From Bdellovibrionota bacterium (GTDB lineage Bacteria > Bdellovibrionota_C > UBA2361 > JBGSMV01), in NCBI GenBank assembly GCA_044356455.1, contig JBIKWF010000097.1, forward strand, positions 1 to 17,624: DNA of 17,624 bases, given 5' to 3'. Position 1 is the stretch's first letter. Each line of letters starts with the position of its first letter. Positions 1 through 7,513 of the stretch are shown here, piece by piece. A program made the position numbers and the translations under genes. Under the pieces are notes generated by a model. That model had not been told where the DNA came from. It ran no database searches and worked only from the letters and a program-made list of their open reading frames with translations.

Positions 1-24
1 GACGGGGCAAGTTGGAAGATCATG

Positions 25-51
25 CGGCACCGCAGGGACGCGGCGCCCTAC
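25..51 (-). repeat. GTAG-type REP element
   Basis: Minus strand reads GTAG-GGCGCCGCG-TCCC-TGCGGTGCC-G (GTAG plus a 9-bp hairpin with G.T pairs); near-identical to 17566-17592. Confidence 0.85.
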
Positions 52-70
52 CAAGACGCCGCGCCAATGG

Positions 71-97
71 GTAGGGTGCGCCGTCCCCGGCGTGCCG
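71..97 (+). repeat. GTAG-type REP element
   Basis: GTAG-GGTGCGCCG-TCCC-CGGCGTGCC-G; one mismatch to the copy at 4985-5011. Confidence 0.85.
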
Positions 98-178
98 AAT
101 CAAATACCGCTGGGCCGGCATGCCGATCACTCAGTCAGAACGCCGAGAAAGACATCTCGCACGAAGACGAGACACGTC

Positions 179-736
179 TCAGCGCCCCTCACTCCCCCAA
201 ACCCCCTTTGCTCGTGCCAACCCCAGCACCGCAATGGTCTTTGCATCCTTAATTTCATTCGAAGCAATAGCTGCTTCAATTTCTTCACGCGTCATAGGAA
301 CTATTTCTATCTCTTCATCCTCGTCGCCCTCCGCTGTTTTCTCCGAGAGTCCGCGCGCCAAGTAGCAAAACTGCTTCTCACTGCAAAACCCTGGGGCAGG
401 AAAAAGCTCGCCAAGAAACTCCCACGAAGAGGCCTGGCACCCCACCTCCTCTGCAAGCTCACGCTGAGCCGTGGGAAGCGGATCCTCTCCCACTTCGCGT
501 GTACCTGCAGGAAGCTCAAGCAGCGACTCTTCAATCGACCAGCGATACTGGCGCACCATCAGAATGCGTCCATCCTCTCGAATCGGAAGAATGACAACAG
601 CCCCGATGTGGTCGACGACGGTCCGCTCGATTTTCTTACCATTGGGCAAATCGTAAGAGATGTTCAGAATTTTGAAACTTCTTGCGGAGAGAATCTCCTT
701 ACGGGCTTGAATTCGGGAACTTTTGGAAATCTTCAT
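179..736 (-). CDS. nudF: Nudix hydrolase, ADP-ribose pyrophosphatase-like
   Basis: Complete Nudix box G-TREVG-E-DPLPTAQ-RELAEEVG plus LMVRQYR, PG and DAKT motifs typical of the ADPRase subfamily. Start moved from 781 to the ATG at 736, which has GAGG 6 nt upstream. Confidence 0.85.
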   Translation of the reverse strand: MKISKSSRIQARKEILSARSFKILNISYDLPNGKKIERTVVDHIGAVVILPIREDGRILMVRQYRWSIEESLLELPAGTREVGEDPLPTAQRELAEEVGCQASSWEFLGELFPAPGFCSEKQFCYLARGLSEKTAEGDEDEEIEIVPMTREEIEAAIASNEIKDAKTIAVLGLARAKGVWGSEGR

Positions 737-821
737 ACCAATCCTCATGCATATTTTTGAAATCTGCCCCGTTACAATCACAACATGTAGAGGTAGAAAT
801 TTTTACGGGACAGACTCCTAG

Positions 822-952
822 AGAACCTCTCAAACACCCCATTCTTAATACACCTCCGCGTTCTCCGCGACCTCCGCGTTAATTTTATTGCTGAATTCGA
901 ACGCGGAGTCGCCCACGCGGCACGGCATTTTCGATGCCTAGCTTCAAGCGGC
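822..952. mobile_element. Degenerate copy of the ~130-bp MITE-like element
   Basis: CTAG|AGAACCTCTCAAACAC-CCCATTCTTAATA-CACCTC aligns with the reverse complement of 3945-3984. It continues with three 9-mers (853-879), a 19-nt AT-rich spacer and a truncated inverted arm (900-908). Right end is uncertain (CTAG at 938-941 and 953-956). Confidence 0.6.
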
Positions 953-1026
953 CTAGGCAAACTTTAGCGAAGGCAGGATCTCGGGAGACACCCGGGAAAA
1001 CAATACTGCCGCTAAGATTTGTGGTT

Positions 1027-2499
1027 TTAGGCTGCTATCCCTAGCGCATCAAGCAAACTTTGACAGAGCGCCTTAAACATCACGGTCACATCAATATGGT
1101 CCTGCTCCGCGAGCCCGGAAGAAAACTCGACATACAGCACACCAATCTTTCGAGTCGAACCGAGGGCCCCCACTACAAAAGAGCGGTCCTGACCCGCAAC
1201 CCGGCTCAAGCACGGGGCCGGAACCTGCAGAGCAGAGAGGACTGAATCTCTCGACAGAGAGTCCTCCGAAACCTTATGAGATGCGACGCGCCGCAACGTA
1301 ACCTGACCGAATTTTAGTCGAGGAACAATTTCTGAAAAACTTGGGTCCAGCGTGTAGACCACTCCGGCCTCAAATCCTGAAACGGGGACTACTTCGCGAA
1401 GCAGATAAGCGACTGCCTCTTGGGGATTTCGCTCAGGGGTACGCCACGCATAGAACTCTCGTAGCCGTTGTTTTAAATGCAAAGGGCAGGCGTCTATGTG
1501 AGGATTTCGCTCTCGCGTAGCCGCCTGGTCGTAGCGTGCCTTGTGCTGATCCGGATCAATGACCGCCTTTGCGCCGAGGAGTTTGCTGCCAGCCTCGCGG
1601 TATGATGCGCTGTAGTTATCATAGGTATCTTGAACACGCCTTAGCCCGTCCTCTCCAAGGATTGAATGGATGACGCTTTTAGCCTCTCCCCAAGAATGTG
1701 CCGACTGGGGGTAGTGCTCGGGGTCGTTTGCTCGGGCAAGCGCCTCTCCTACCCTGCAAAGCTCTGCAATCTCCTCAGCTGTTCGTGCAGAGTCCCCGTG
1801 TTTAGCACTCGCGGCCCCTTCTCCCTCAATCGCATTCGACAATTCTAGAGTGAGATTAAAGGGCTCAAGCACGCTTGCACCGAGGAGCTCTGGCGAAAAA
1901 CCTAAGAGAACACCGAGTTCTCTCTCGAGCGCTCTTTCATCAGTCTCTTTTGCCTCAAGAAGAGCCCTCTGAGCGCGACTAAAAACCGTGGGATAATTCC
2001 ACGCGATCAGAAGCAATCCAAGCTGACGAAAGAGCGCAGTGAGAAATGCCGTATCACCCTGCAAGGTTTTTTGCATGGCGAGAGTTTCAGCAGCCGAGGC
2101 GCTTACCAGCGTGTAACGAAGATGCGCGCTTTGGGCATCACTAAGAGAGCTAAGAGAATGCGCATTGAGGGCCTTCTCAGCTCGATCTAAGAGTGCAACA
2201 AGTTCCTGTTTGGTTGCACGCTCAAAAAGACTTTGTGGATTGTCGAGTCTAGTGTCAGAGCCTCCCTTCCGGAGACTTCCGACAAGATCTTTTAGGCAGA
2301 ATGAGAAAAGCCCAATATCTTTCTTTAAATCAGCGACGAGGAACTCCGACCCAAGGTCGTAGCGCCCCTCCTTGAGGCCTGACTTTACGGACGCGAAAAC
2401 TTTGGGATTAAGAGGCAACCACTGGCGCGAAACGTAGTCCACTGCGCGGTGCAGGCGCTGCGCCTCTGAGGAACTCAAAGTTTCAACTTCAACCGCCAT
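1027..2499 (-). CDS. HDOD-domain signalling protein with a C-terminal GAF-like region
   Basis: LPLNP...LKKDIGLF N-terminus and AFLTALFRQLGLLLI / LLGFSPELLGASVLEPFNL segments match the HDOD pattern. ATG at 2499 has AGGA upstream; the ORF track start is 2520. The GAF-like call is weak. Confidence 0.7.
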   Translation of the reverse strand: MAVEVETLSSSEAQRLHRAVDYVSRQWLPLNPKVFASVKSGLKEGRYDLGSEFLVADLKKDIGLFSFCLKDLVGSLRKGGSDTRLDNPQSLFERATKQELVALLDRAEKALNAHSLSSLSDAQSAHLRYTLVSASAAETLAMQKTLQGDTAFLTALFRQLGLLLIAWNYPTVFSRAQRALLEAKETDERALERELGVLLGFSPELLGASVLEPFNLTLELSNAIEGEGAASAKHGDSARTAEEIAELCRVGEALARANDPEHYPQSAHSWGEAKSVIHSILGEDGLRRVQDTYDNYSASYREAGSKLLGAKAVIDPDQHKARYDQAATRERNPHIDACPLHLKQRLREFYAWRTPERNPQEAVAYLLREVVPVSGFEAGVVYTLDPSFSEIVPRLKFGQVTLRRVASHKVSEDSLSRDSVLSALQVPAPCLSRVAGQDRSFVVGALGSTRKIGVLYVEFSSGLAEQDHIDVTVMFKALCQSLLDALGIAA

Positions 2500-2591
2500 G
2501 TACGCTTTTCCTAGACACACTGGCCCACAGGGGTATCTGCAAAGGACTTGCCAGTACGGATTCCCCCCTGAGACCTCATAGATCTAAAGAG

Positions 2592-2619
2592 TTATCGGCA
2601 ACTCTTCCCGAAAACTTAG
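2592..2619 (-). promoter_or_regulatory. Sigma28 (FliA)-type promoter for the HDOD gene
   Basis: Minus strand CTAAG-N15-GCCGATAA, with a perfect consensus -10 about 90 nt upstream of the ATG at 2499. Confidence 0.7.
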
Positions 2620-2826
2620 GGTCTCTCAGGCCCACGCTCTATGCAAAAGGCTGCAAGCCTCAGCTCCTGACTACAAGAAACCCGCAGTTCCTTCCTGACA
2701 CCTTTGCCGGCATATGCGTGGAAGCTCACCTCACTACCCGAAGGGAAACACAGTTAGATTTCCAAGCGGCTCTTTTCTTTGAAACGGTGGCCGGCTATAG
2801 CCAACATGCTGTAATCAAATCGAGAC

Positions 2827-2854
2827 TTTAGGATATTTCCAGAACTGCCGAAAA
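2827..2854 (+). promoter_or_regulatory. Possible sigma28-type promoter for the cNMP-binding gene
   Basis: TTTAG-N15-GCCGAAAA, about 130 nt upstream of the ATG at 2984. Confidence 0.4.
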
Positions 2855-2983
2855 ATACTCAGGGGTGAAGAAACAACTACCAGCTCGCTGGGGGTAGAAA
2901 TTTAGAGCTCCTTGTTTCATTCGCGCAGTAAAAGAAGGGAATAAAAAGCCTCGGAACTTCCGACGCATCGAGACGACTCTGCT

Positions 2984-3781
2984 ATGTATTTCCTGCAAAA
3001 CTTAGGAAGCGAAGTCGACGCGCTCAACACCAGAGCAAAGGAACTCGTGCAGGCGATGTGTGAGCGCATCGAGCCTCTTCAGAAGAAAGTGAAGATCCCC
3101 TCGCGGCAAGATGTTTTTGCGGCCCCCGAACGTCAGGGCAAATTATTTCGCCTTCTTGACGGCAATCTCTCCTATGCCCGGGCCGACAAGGTTCTGTTCT
3201 ACTTTGATCCGGGAGATCTTATTGGTGTTGAGCAGGCAATAATTGGCACTTCCGCAAAGGTCTTAACTGACTTTGCGGTAGTCGTGGATGTATACGACGC
3301 CACTACGTTCCTCGATGCCGCTCACGACAATCCTGAACTTAATCGCCTCTGGACTGAGTACTTGGCGACAAGCCACGGTATGCTCTCCAATTTAGCCGGG
3401 AATCTATTTAAAGAAGAAATCACCACCCCCCCGGATATCAACGGCTTCCAGCCTGGGGCCACGATTACCGAGCAAGGGAGTCGGGCGAGCGAGGTGTTTC
3501 TTCTTATCGAGGGACTCGCTGACGTTCTCGTAGACGGTGCTCCCGCAGGCACTATTAAGGGAGGTGAACTGTTTGGGATGGTGCCAGCGCTCACCGGCAT
3601 TCCTCGAACTGCCACCGTGGTAGCTGCCGAGCCTTGTATGGTTATGTCAGTTCCCAAAGAAAATTTTGTGCATCTCGTTGAAACTCGGCCCTCCAATTAC
3701 TTGAAGATGGTAGAGGACATGGCGCGGCTTATGGTCGACCTCGGAGACCAGGCATTTTCGCTCAAGATAAGTAATTTCTAA
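2984..3781 (+). CDS. Tandem cyclic-nucleotide-binding domain protein without HTH, resembling Pseudomonas aeruginosa cAMP-binding protein CbpA (PA4704)
   Basis: C-terminal cNMP domain (EQG...VFLLIEG...GELFG...PRTATV) and a degenerate N-terminal one (LFRLLDG...FYFDPGDLIG). Length and layout match my recollection of CbpA. Confidence 0.8.
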   Translation: MYFLQNLGSEVDALNTRAKELVQAMCERIEPLQKKVKIPSRQDVFAAPERQGKLFRLLDGNLSYARADKVLFYFDPGDLIGVEQAIIGTSAKVLTDFAVVVDVYDATTFLDAAHDNPELNRLWTEYLATSHGMLSNLAGNLFKEEITTPPDINGFQPGATITEQGSRASEVFLLIEGLADVLVDGAPAGTIKGGELFGMVPALTGIPRTATVVAAEPCMVMSVPKENFVHLVETRPSNYLKMVEDMARLMVDLGDQAFSLKISNF

Positions 3782-3806
3782 TTCTTTTTAGTAGGTTTGA
3801 AGACAA

Positions 3807-3845
3807 CCACTAAGAACACAGAGAACACTAAGAGAAGTAGGATTT
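3807..3845 (+). repeat. 9-mer periodic repeat, directly repeated at 3997-4026
   Basis: CCACTAAGAA-CACAGAGAA-CACTAAGAGAAGTAGGATTT versus CCACTAAGAA-GACCAAGAGAAGTAGAATCT. Confidence 0.65.
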
Positions 3846-3850
3846 ACCAG

Positions 3851-3980
3851 GGAACATTTGAAAAACTCACCTCTGTGTACCTCTGAGCCCTCTGTGGTGA
3901 AATTTTAATGAAGAAATTCACCACTGAGGACACGGAGGTACACAGAGGTGTCTTATGAATGGAGGTTCTTCAGAGGTGCC
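3851..3980. mobile_element. 130-bp MITE-like element with IS5-like TIRs, CCAG target duplication and internal 32-bp inverted arms
   Basis: Left end GGAACATTTGAAAAAC and right end (reverse complement) GGCACCTCTGAAGAAC match at 12/16. CCAG lies on both sides (3847-3850, 3981-3984). Arms 3868-3899 and 3919-3950 flank a 19-nt AT-rich spacer. Homologues lie at 822 and 17316. Confidence 0.75.
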
Positions 3981-3996
3981 CCAGATCAGAAGATAG

Positions 3997-4026
3997 CCAC
4001 TAAGAAGACCAAGAGAAGTAGAATCT
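3997..4026 (+). repeat. Second, shorter copy of the CCACTAAGAA...AAGAGAAGTAG repeat
   Basis: Direct repeat of 3807-3845 lacking one 9-mer. Confidence 0.6.
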
Positions 4027-4952
4027 CAAGGACGAGCGGAAAAAAGAGCCGTGAGTTTTTGGTTGATGTGGTGAATTCGGGGAACCTCGATTCCATGCCT
4101 TGCGGCTCTTCTCTCTACTTCACCAAGCAGCATATCCATGTCGGATGGAAGTCCCGCTCTAAGTCCCACAAGGAGAGAGTTCACATTATCTTTAAACGGA
4201 GATATGGCAGAAATAAGTTTCTCTTCGGTCCACGACGACAAGTCCACCCCTTCGCTCTTTGAAACTGCCGCTGCCTCTTTCACTAAGCCGAGGGCTGAGG
4301 CGCGAAGGCTTGCGTCTTCGAGCAATGCTCTATTCGCCTGTCCCGCAAGAGTGCACATGGGATTAACAAAGATGTTGAGCAAAGCTTTTTGCCATTCCGC
4401 TTCTTTTACGCTCGCGGCAAAAGAAACTTGGAACTCAGCTTTTGATAAGAGCGCGGCAAGGCTTTCCGCAATAGGATCTCGAGGTGCAATCGTAACACCG
4501 AAAGGGCCTGAAAGCCGCGTCGCCCAAGCCCCTTCGCGCATGACACCAAATCGGCACACCATTCGATAAAGCCGTTCTGGCCTGGGTAGCCCCGCTTGTT
4601 CAGCAAGTTCAAGAATTCCAAGTCCATTCTGCGCAAATACGAGAGGAAGGCTGTCTGGAAGATTGCCGAGGCCCTGCAAGATACTTCCCAACTGATGTTC
4701 TCGCACACATACAAGGAGCATGGTGAGGCGCGCGGCAACTTGAGAAGCTTCGGGAGACCCAAGAGAAGCACAGCGTGGATTCTTGATGCTCCAGTTCTTA
4801 TATCCAAGAACGGTCAGGGAGGGGGCCTGAGGAATGTCCTTCCTTACAAACCAACAAACATCTGCATGGGGCGCGAGCGCTAAGCCAAGAAATTGGCCGA
4901 CGGCGCCCATGCCAAGAATGCCAATTTGTGGACAAGGAGACGCCACTACCAC
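4026..4952 (-). CDS. panE: Ketopantoate reductase (PanE/ApbA family)
   Basis: Rossmann ILGMGAVG, AQNGLG and WQKALLN..VNP motifs; GTG start with GGAG 8 nt upstream. C-terminal motifs are divergent. Confidence 0.75.
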   Translation of the reverse strand: MVVASPCPQIGILGMGAVGQFLGLALAPHADVCWFVRKDIPQAPSLTVLGYKNWSIKNPRCASLGSPEASQVAARLTMLLVCVREHQLGSILQGLGNLPDSLPLVFAQNGLGILELAEQAGLPRPERLYRMVCRFGVMREGAWATRLSGPFGVTIAPRDPIAESLAALLSKAEFQVSFAASVKEAEWQKALLNIFVNPMCTLAGQANRALLEDASLRASALGLVKEAAAVSKSEGVDLSSWTEEKLISAISPFKDNVNSLLVGLRAGLPSDMDMLLGEVERRAARHGIEVPRIHHINQKLTALFSARP

Positions 4953-4983
4953 ACCTTCGGCTCCGCGATAATCTCAGCGCTTT

Positions 4984-5050
4984 GGTAGGGCGCGCCGTCC
5001 CCGGCGTGCCGAAACAAATGTTCGGCACGCCGGGGACGGCGCGCCCTACC
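4984..5050. repeat. REPIN: two identical inverted GTAG REPs
   Basis: Perfect 30-bp inverted repeat, 4984-5013 with 5021-5050, around the 7-nt loop ACAAATG; each half is GTAG-GGCGCGCCG-TCCC-CGGCGTGCC-G. Confidence 0.9.
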
Positions 5051-5058
5051 GAGACTAA

Positions 5059-5505
5059 TTATCGCGGCTTTTCATCAAACAGCGGAATCGCCTGACCATT
5101 ATCATCTATCGCCACCATCACTACCTCAGCGGAAGTTACGGCAACCGCACGCAGAGAACCAACGCCTCGCACCGATTCAACATCCACACGAATCGTTATC
5201 GACGTGTGGCCAAGCTTGACCGTCTCAGCATAAAAGCTCACCACATCTCCCACATGAACAGGGGCGATAAAATCAACTTCTCTAATTACTTTGGTGACGT
5301 ATTTTCGTGGACTCACCGTACGAGCGTACTGGGTAGCCGCCAAGTCGAGGAGGCTTAGGATGTGCCCTCCGAAAATGCTACCCAAGGGATTGGTATCCCT
5401 TGGCATCATCAGGGTACGAATTGCTGGCTCTCGGTTTTTTCGAATTGATTTTGCGGCTGAACGCTTCGCTGCGGTGCTTTTCTTCTTTGTCTTAACCACG
5501 GGCAT
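5059..5505 (-). CDS. yciA: Acyl-CoA thioesterase (hotdog fold, YciA family)
   Basis: MMPRDTNPLGSIFGGHILSLLD, VDFIAPVHVGD and GHTSITI motifs; AGGA/GAGG upstream of the ATG. Confidence 0.85.
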   Translation of the reverse strand: MPVVKTKKKSTAAKRSAAKSIRKNREPAIRTLMMPRDTNPLGSIFGGHILSLLDLAATQYARTVSPRKYVTKVIREVDFIAPVHVGDVVSFYAETVKLGHTSITIRVDVESVRGVGSLRAVAVTSAEVVMVAIDDNGQAIPLFDEKPR

Positions 5506-5677
5506 ATCCTCTCATTTCCTCATTGCTGCCATAGTACGCCAAAGCCAGCACGACGAGGAGTAGGTTTTATGGCTCACCCTGCAGAACAAAGGAACCATTG
5601 AGCCAGTTTCAATTGCCCAAATGGGCACCACCAGGCTATGAAAACCCATAGTAGACTTACTTCTTCATGGATACGAA

Positions 5678-7498
5678 GTGCAGGAAGCCTCACAATCCCT
5701 TACTCAGCAAAATCCCCTTACACAACAAAATCGCTGGGGCCCTTACTGTACGCTGCTCGCCGGAATTCTACTGACCACGGCAAGCATTGCAGGGCTGTGC
5801 GGAAATCTCGGGGGCCTCTTTTTCTTCCTGTGGAGCCTTCATCTAATAGCCCTCCTCGCAGCCGTGGGGTTTGAGTGCATAACCCTCTTTAAAACAGCCC
5901 GGGACGGAAGTTCGCTTGGCTGGGCCTGTCTTAGCCTAACTTTTCTCGGCTGGATTGTTTCGATTTCTCTTGGACTCCTTCCCATCACAGCCCGCGACGC
6001 CCTGATTCATCACCTTGTTGTGCCCAAATGGTGGCTGGCTGAGGGCCGCATATTCTCGGTGCCTTGGCATGACTGGTCCTATTATCCAATGTTACTGCAA
6101 ACCGGGTTCACCGGTTTGATGTCGGCCAATCTCATTGCGCTTACCCCCCTCTATCACTTTTTCTATGGCGTTCTTCTCGCCTGCGCAGCAGGACAGCTTG
6201 TTCGCCAGCAAACCGGGTCAGCCCGCTATCAAATGGTTACCGTATGTACCGTTGCCCTCCTTCCGGCGGTACTTAAGCTGGGCTCGGTGCCTTTGGTAGA
6301 TTTAGGCCTCGCTCTTTTTTGCACCCTTACCATACTGTTCTTGAACACATGGCTCGCGGAAAGGCGACTTCTGCTTCTTGTTGGCGCAGGAATCAGTTTA
6401 GGGTGCGCACTAAGCACCAAATACAATGGGCTACTATTTACCGCTTGCCTTTTGCCGTTTGCGCTCCTTGCGGCCCATCAAGCCAAAGCTCCTCTACGCG
6501 CCCTCCTCCAGGCTATTCTCGTCATAGGGACATGCGCGGCGCTTATTAATTCACCCTGGCTTCTTCGCAATTATCAAGTAACCGGAAATCCCGTATTTCC
6601 TCTCTATCAAGGCATCTTCGGACCTCCCTCGACAAAGCCCGTCGACGCCAAAGCTGCCCGGGGGCTCACTCCCCTTCAAACAAGGCTCATGCTGCACGGA
6701 GAATCTCCTCTTGAGCTCGCGCTCCTACCGGTGCGTGTGTTTGTTTCTGGCGAAGACGAAAATCCTCGCCTCTTTGACGGAAGACTAAGCCCCTTCTTTT
6801 TGCTTGCCGTGCTTCCTGCATTCTGGGTGCGCCGAAATGCATCCTCAGTCCTACTTCTTGGGAGCTCCTTCTTATATTTTTTCCTATCACTGCTCATGGC
6901 CGATGCACGGGTGCGCTATCTTGCGCCGATCTACGGCTCGCTCGCGGTCCTAAGTAGCGTTGGACTCTTTGAGCTGGAAAAACGCATCAAGCGCCCACAC
7001 CTTGGCTCTGTTCCCGCGCTTGCGCTTGTGCTTCAAGGCTTTTGGTCTCTTTTCTACACACAAGGCCTCCTCGCAAAGACACGAGCCGAAGAGTACTTCA
7101 CGGGGAAACTTTCTCGCGAAGCCTACCTCGAACAAACGGTTCCCGAGTACTCCGTCGCGCAGTTCATGAATGCGAACCTCCCCAAAGACTCGCGGACCTA
7201 TATGGTCCTCACGGGCAATCGCTTCTTTTATTTTAATACACCCGTCATTTCCTCTGGACACGCTTCTGCGGGAGAACTTCTACGTTGGATTCGAAGCGCT
7301 AAATCACCAGAAGACATCTACTCCGAGCTTGCGGAACGTCAATTCACGCATCTTCTTCTCCACGCGCCGCGCACAAGCAAACTGTTCGAAACAAGCCTCT
7401 CGCCAGATGAGCTCTCGCGCTGGAACTCATTCCGAGAGCGGCATCTTTCTCTCGTTACTTCGGACCGCGGGGCGATGTTATTTGCGGTGCGGGAATAG
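5678..7498 (+). CDS. Polytopic membrane protein, GT-C-type (ArnT/PMT-like) glycosyltransferase
   Basis: Many hydrophobic helices; DALIHHLVVPK loop, LSTKYNG, PWLLRNYQVTGNPVFP and RYLAP motifs; soluble C-terminal domain. Start codon uncertain. Confidence 0.65.
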   Translation: MQEASQSLTQQNPLTQQNRWGPYCTLLAGILLTTASIAGLCGNLGGLFFFLWSLHLIALLAAVGFECITLFKTARDGSSLGWACLSLTFLGWIVSISLGLLPITARDALIHHLVVPKWWLAEGRIFSVPWHDWSYYPMLLQTGFTGLMSANLIALTPLYHFFYGVLLACAAGQLVRQQTGSARYQMVTVCTVALLPAVLKLGSVPLVDLGLALFCTLTILFLNTWLAERRLLLLVGAGISLGCALSTKYNGLLFTACLLPFALLAAHQAKAPLRALLQAILVIGTCAALINSPWLLRNYQVTGNPVFPLYQGIFGPPSTKPVDAKAARGLTPLQTRLMLHGESPLELALLPVRVFVSGEDENPRLFDGRLSPFFLLAVLPAFWVRRNASSVLLLGSSFLYFFLSLLMADARVRYLAPIYGSLAVLSSVGLFELEKRIKRPHLGSVPALALVLQGFWSLFYTQGLLAKTRAEEYFTGKLSREAYLEQTVPEYSVAQFMNANLPKDSRTYMVLTGNRFFYFNTPVISSGHASAGELLRWIRSAKSPEDIYSELAERQFTHLLLHAPRTSKLFETSLSPDELSRWNSFRERHLSLVTSDRGAMLFAVRE

Positions 7499-7513
7499 AG
7501 GAGCTCGAATCCT

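Noticed and set aside
22..960. ORFs 22-252, 92-760, 120-365, 307-534, 471-656, 682-882 and 778-960
   Set aside because: They are antisense or alternative-frame shadows of the Nudix gene, or read-through of REP/MITE repeats, and have no motifs.
956..1000. GGCAAAC...GAAG resembling the start of a c-di-GMP-I riboswitch
   Set aside because: It lacks the GACGCAAAG junction and second-stem motifs, and there is no downstream gene on that strand.
3807..4026. Possible CRISPR array
   Set aside because: The units are 9-10-nt periodic and inverted, with no constant repeat or unique equal-length spacers, and there are no cas genes.
3948..5028. ORFs 3948-4262, 4138-4569, 4406-4807, 4596-4883 and 4798-5028
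   Set aside because: They overlap panE or the repeats and have no recognisable domains.
5694..5732. Imperfect 18-nt tandem duplication encoding LTQQN twice
   Set aside because: It is real but has only two imperfect in-frame units in an uncertain N-terminus, with no sign of phase variation.
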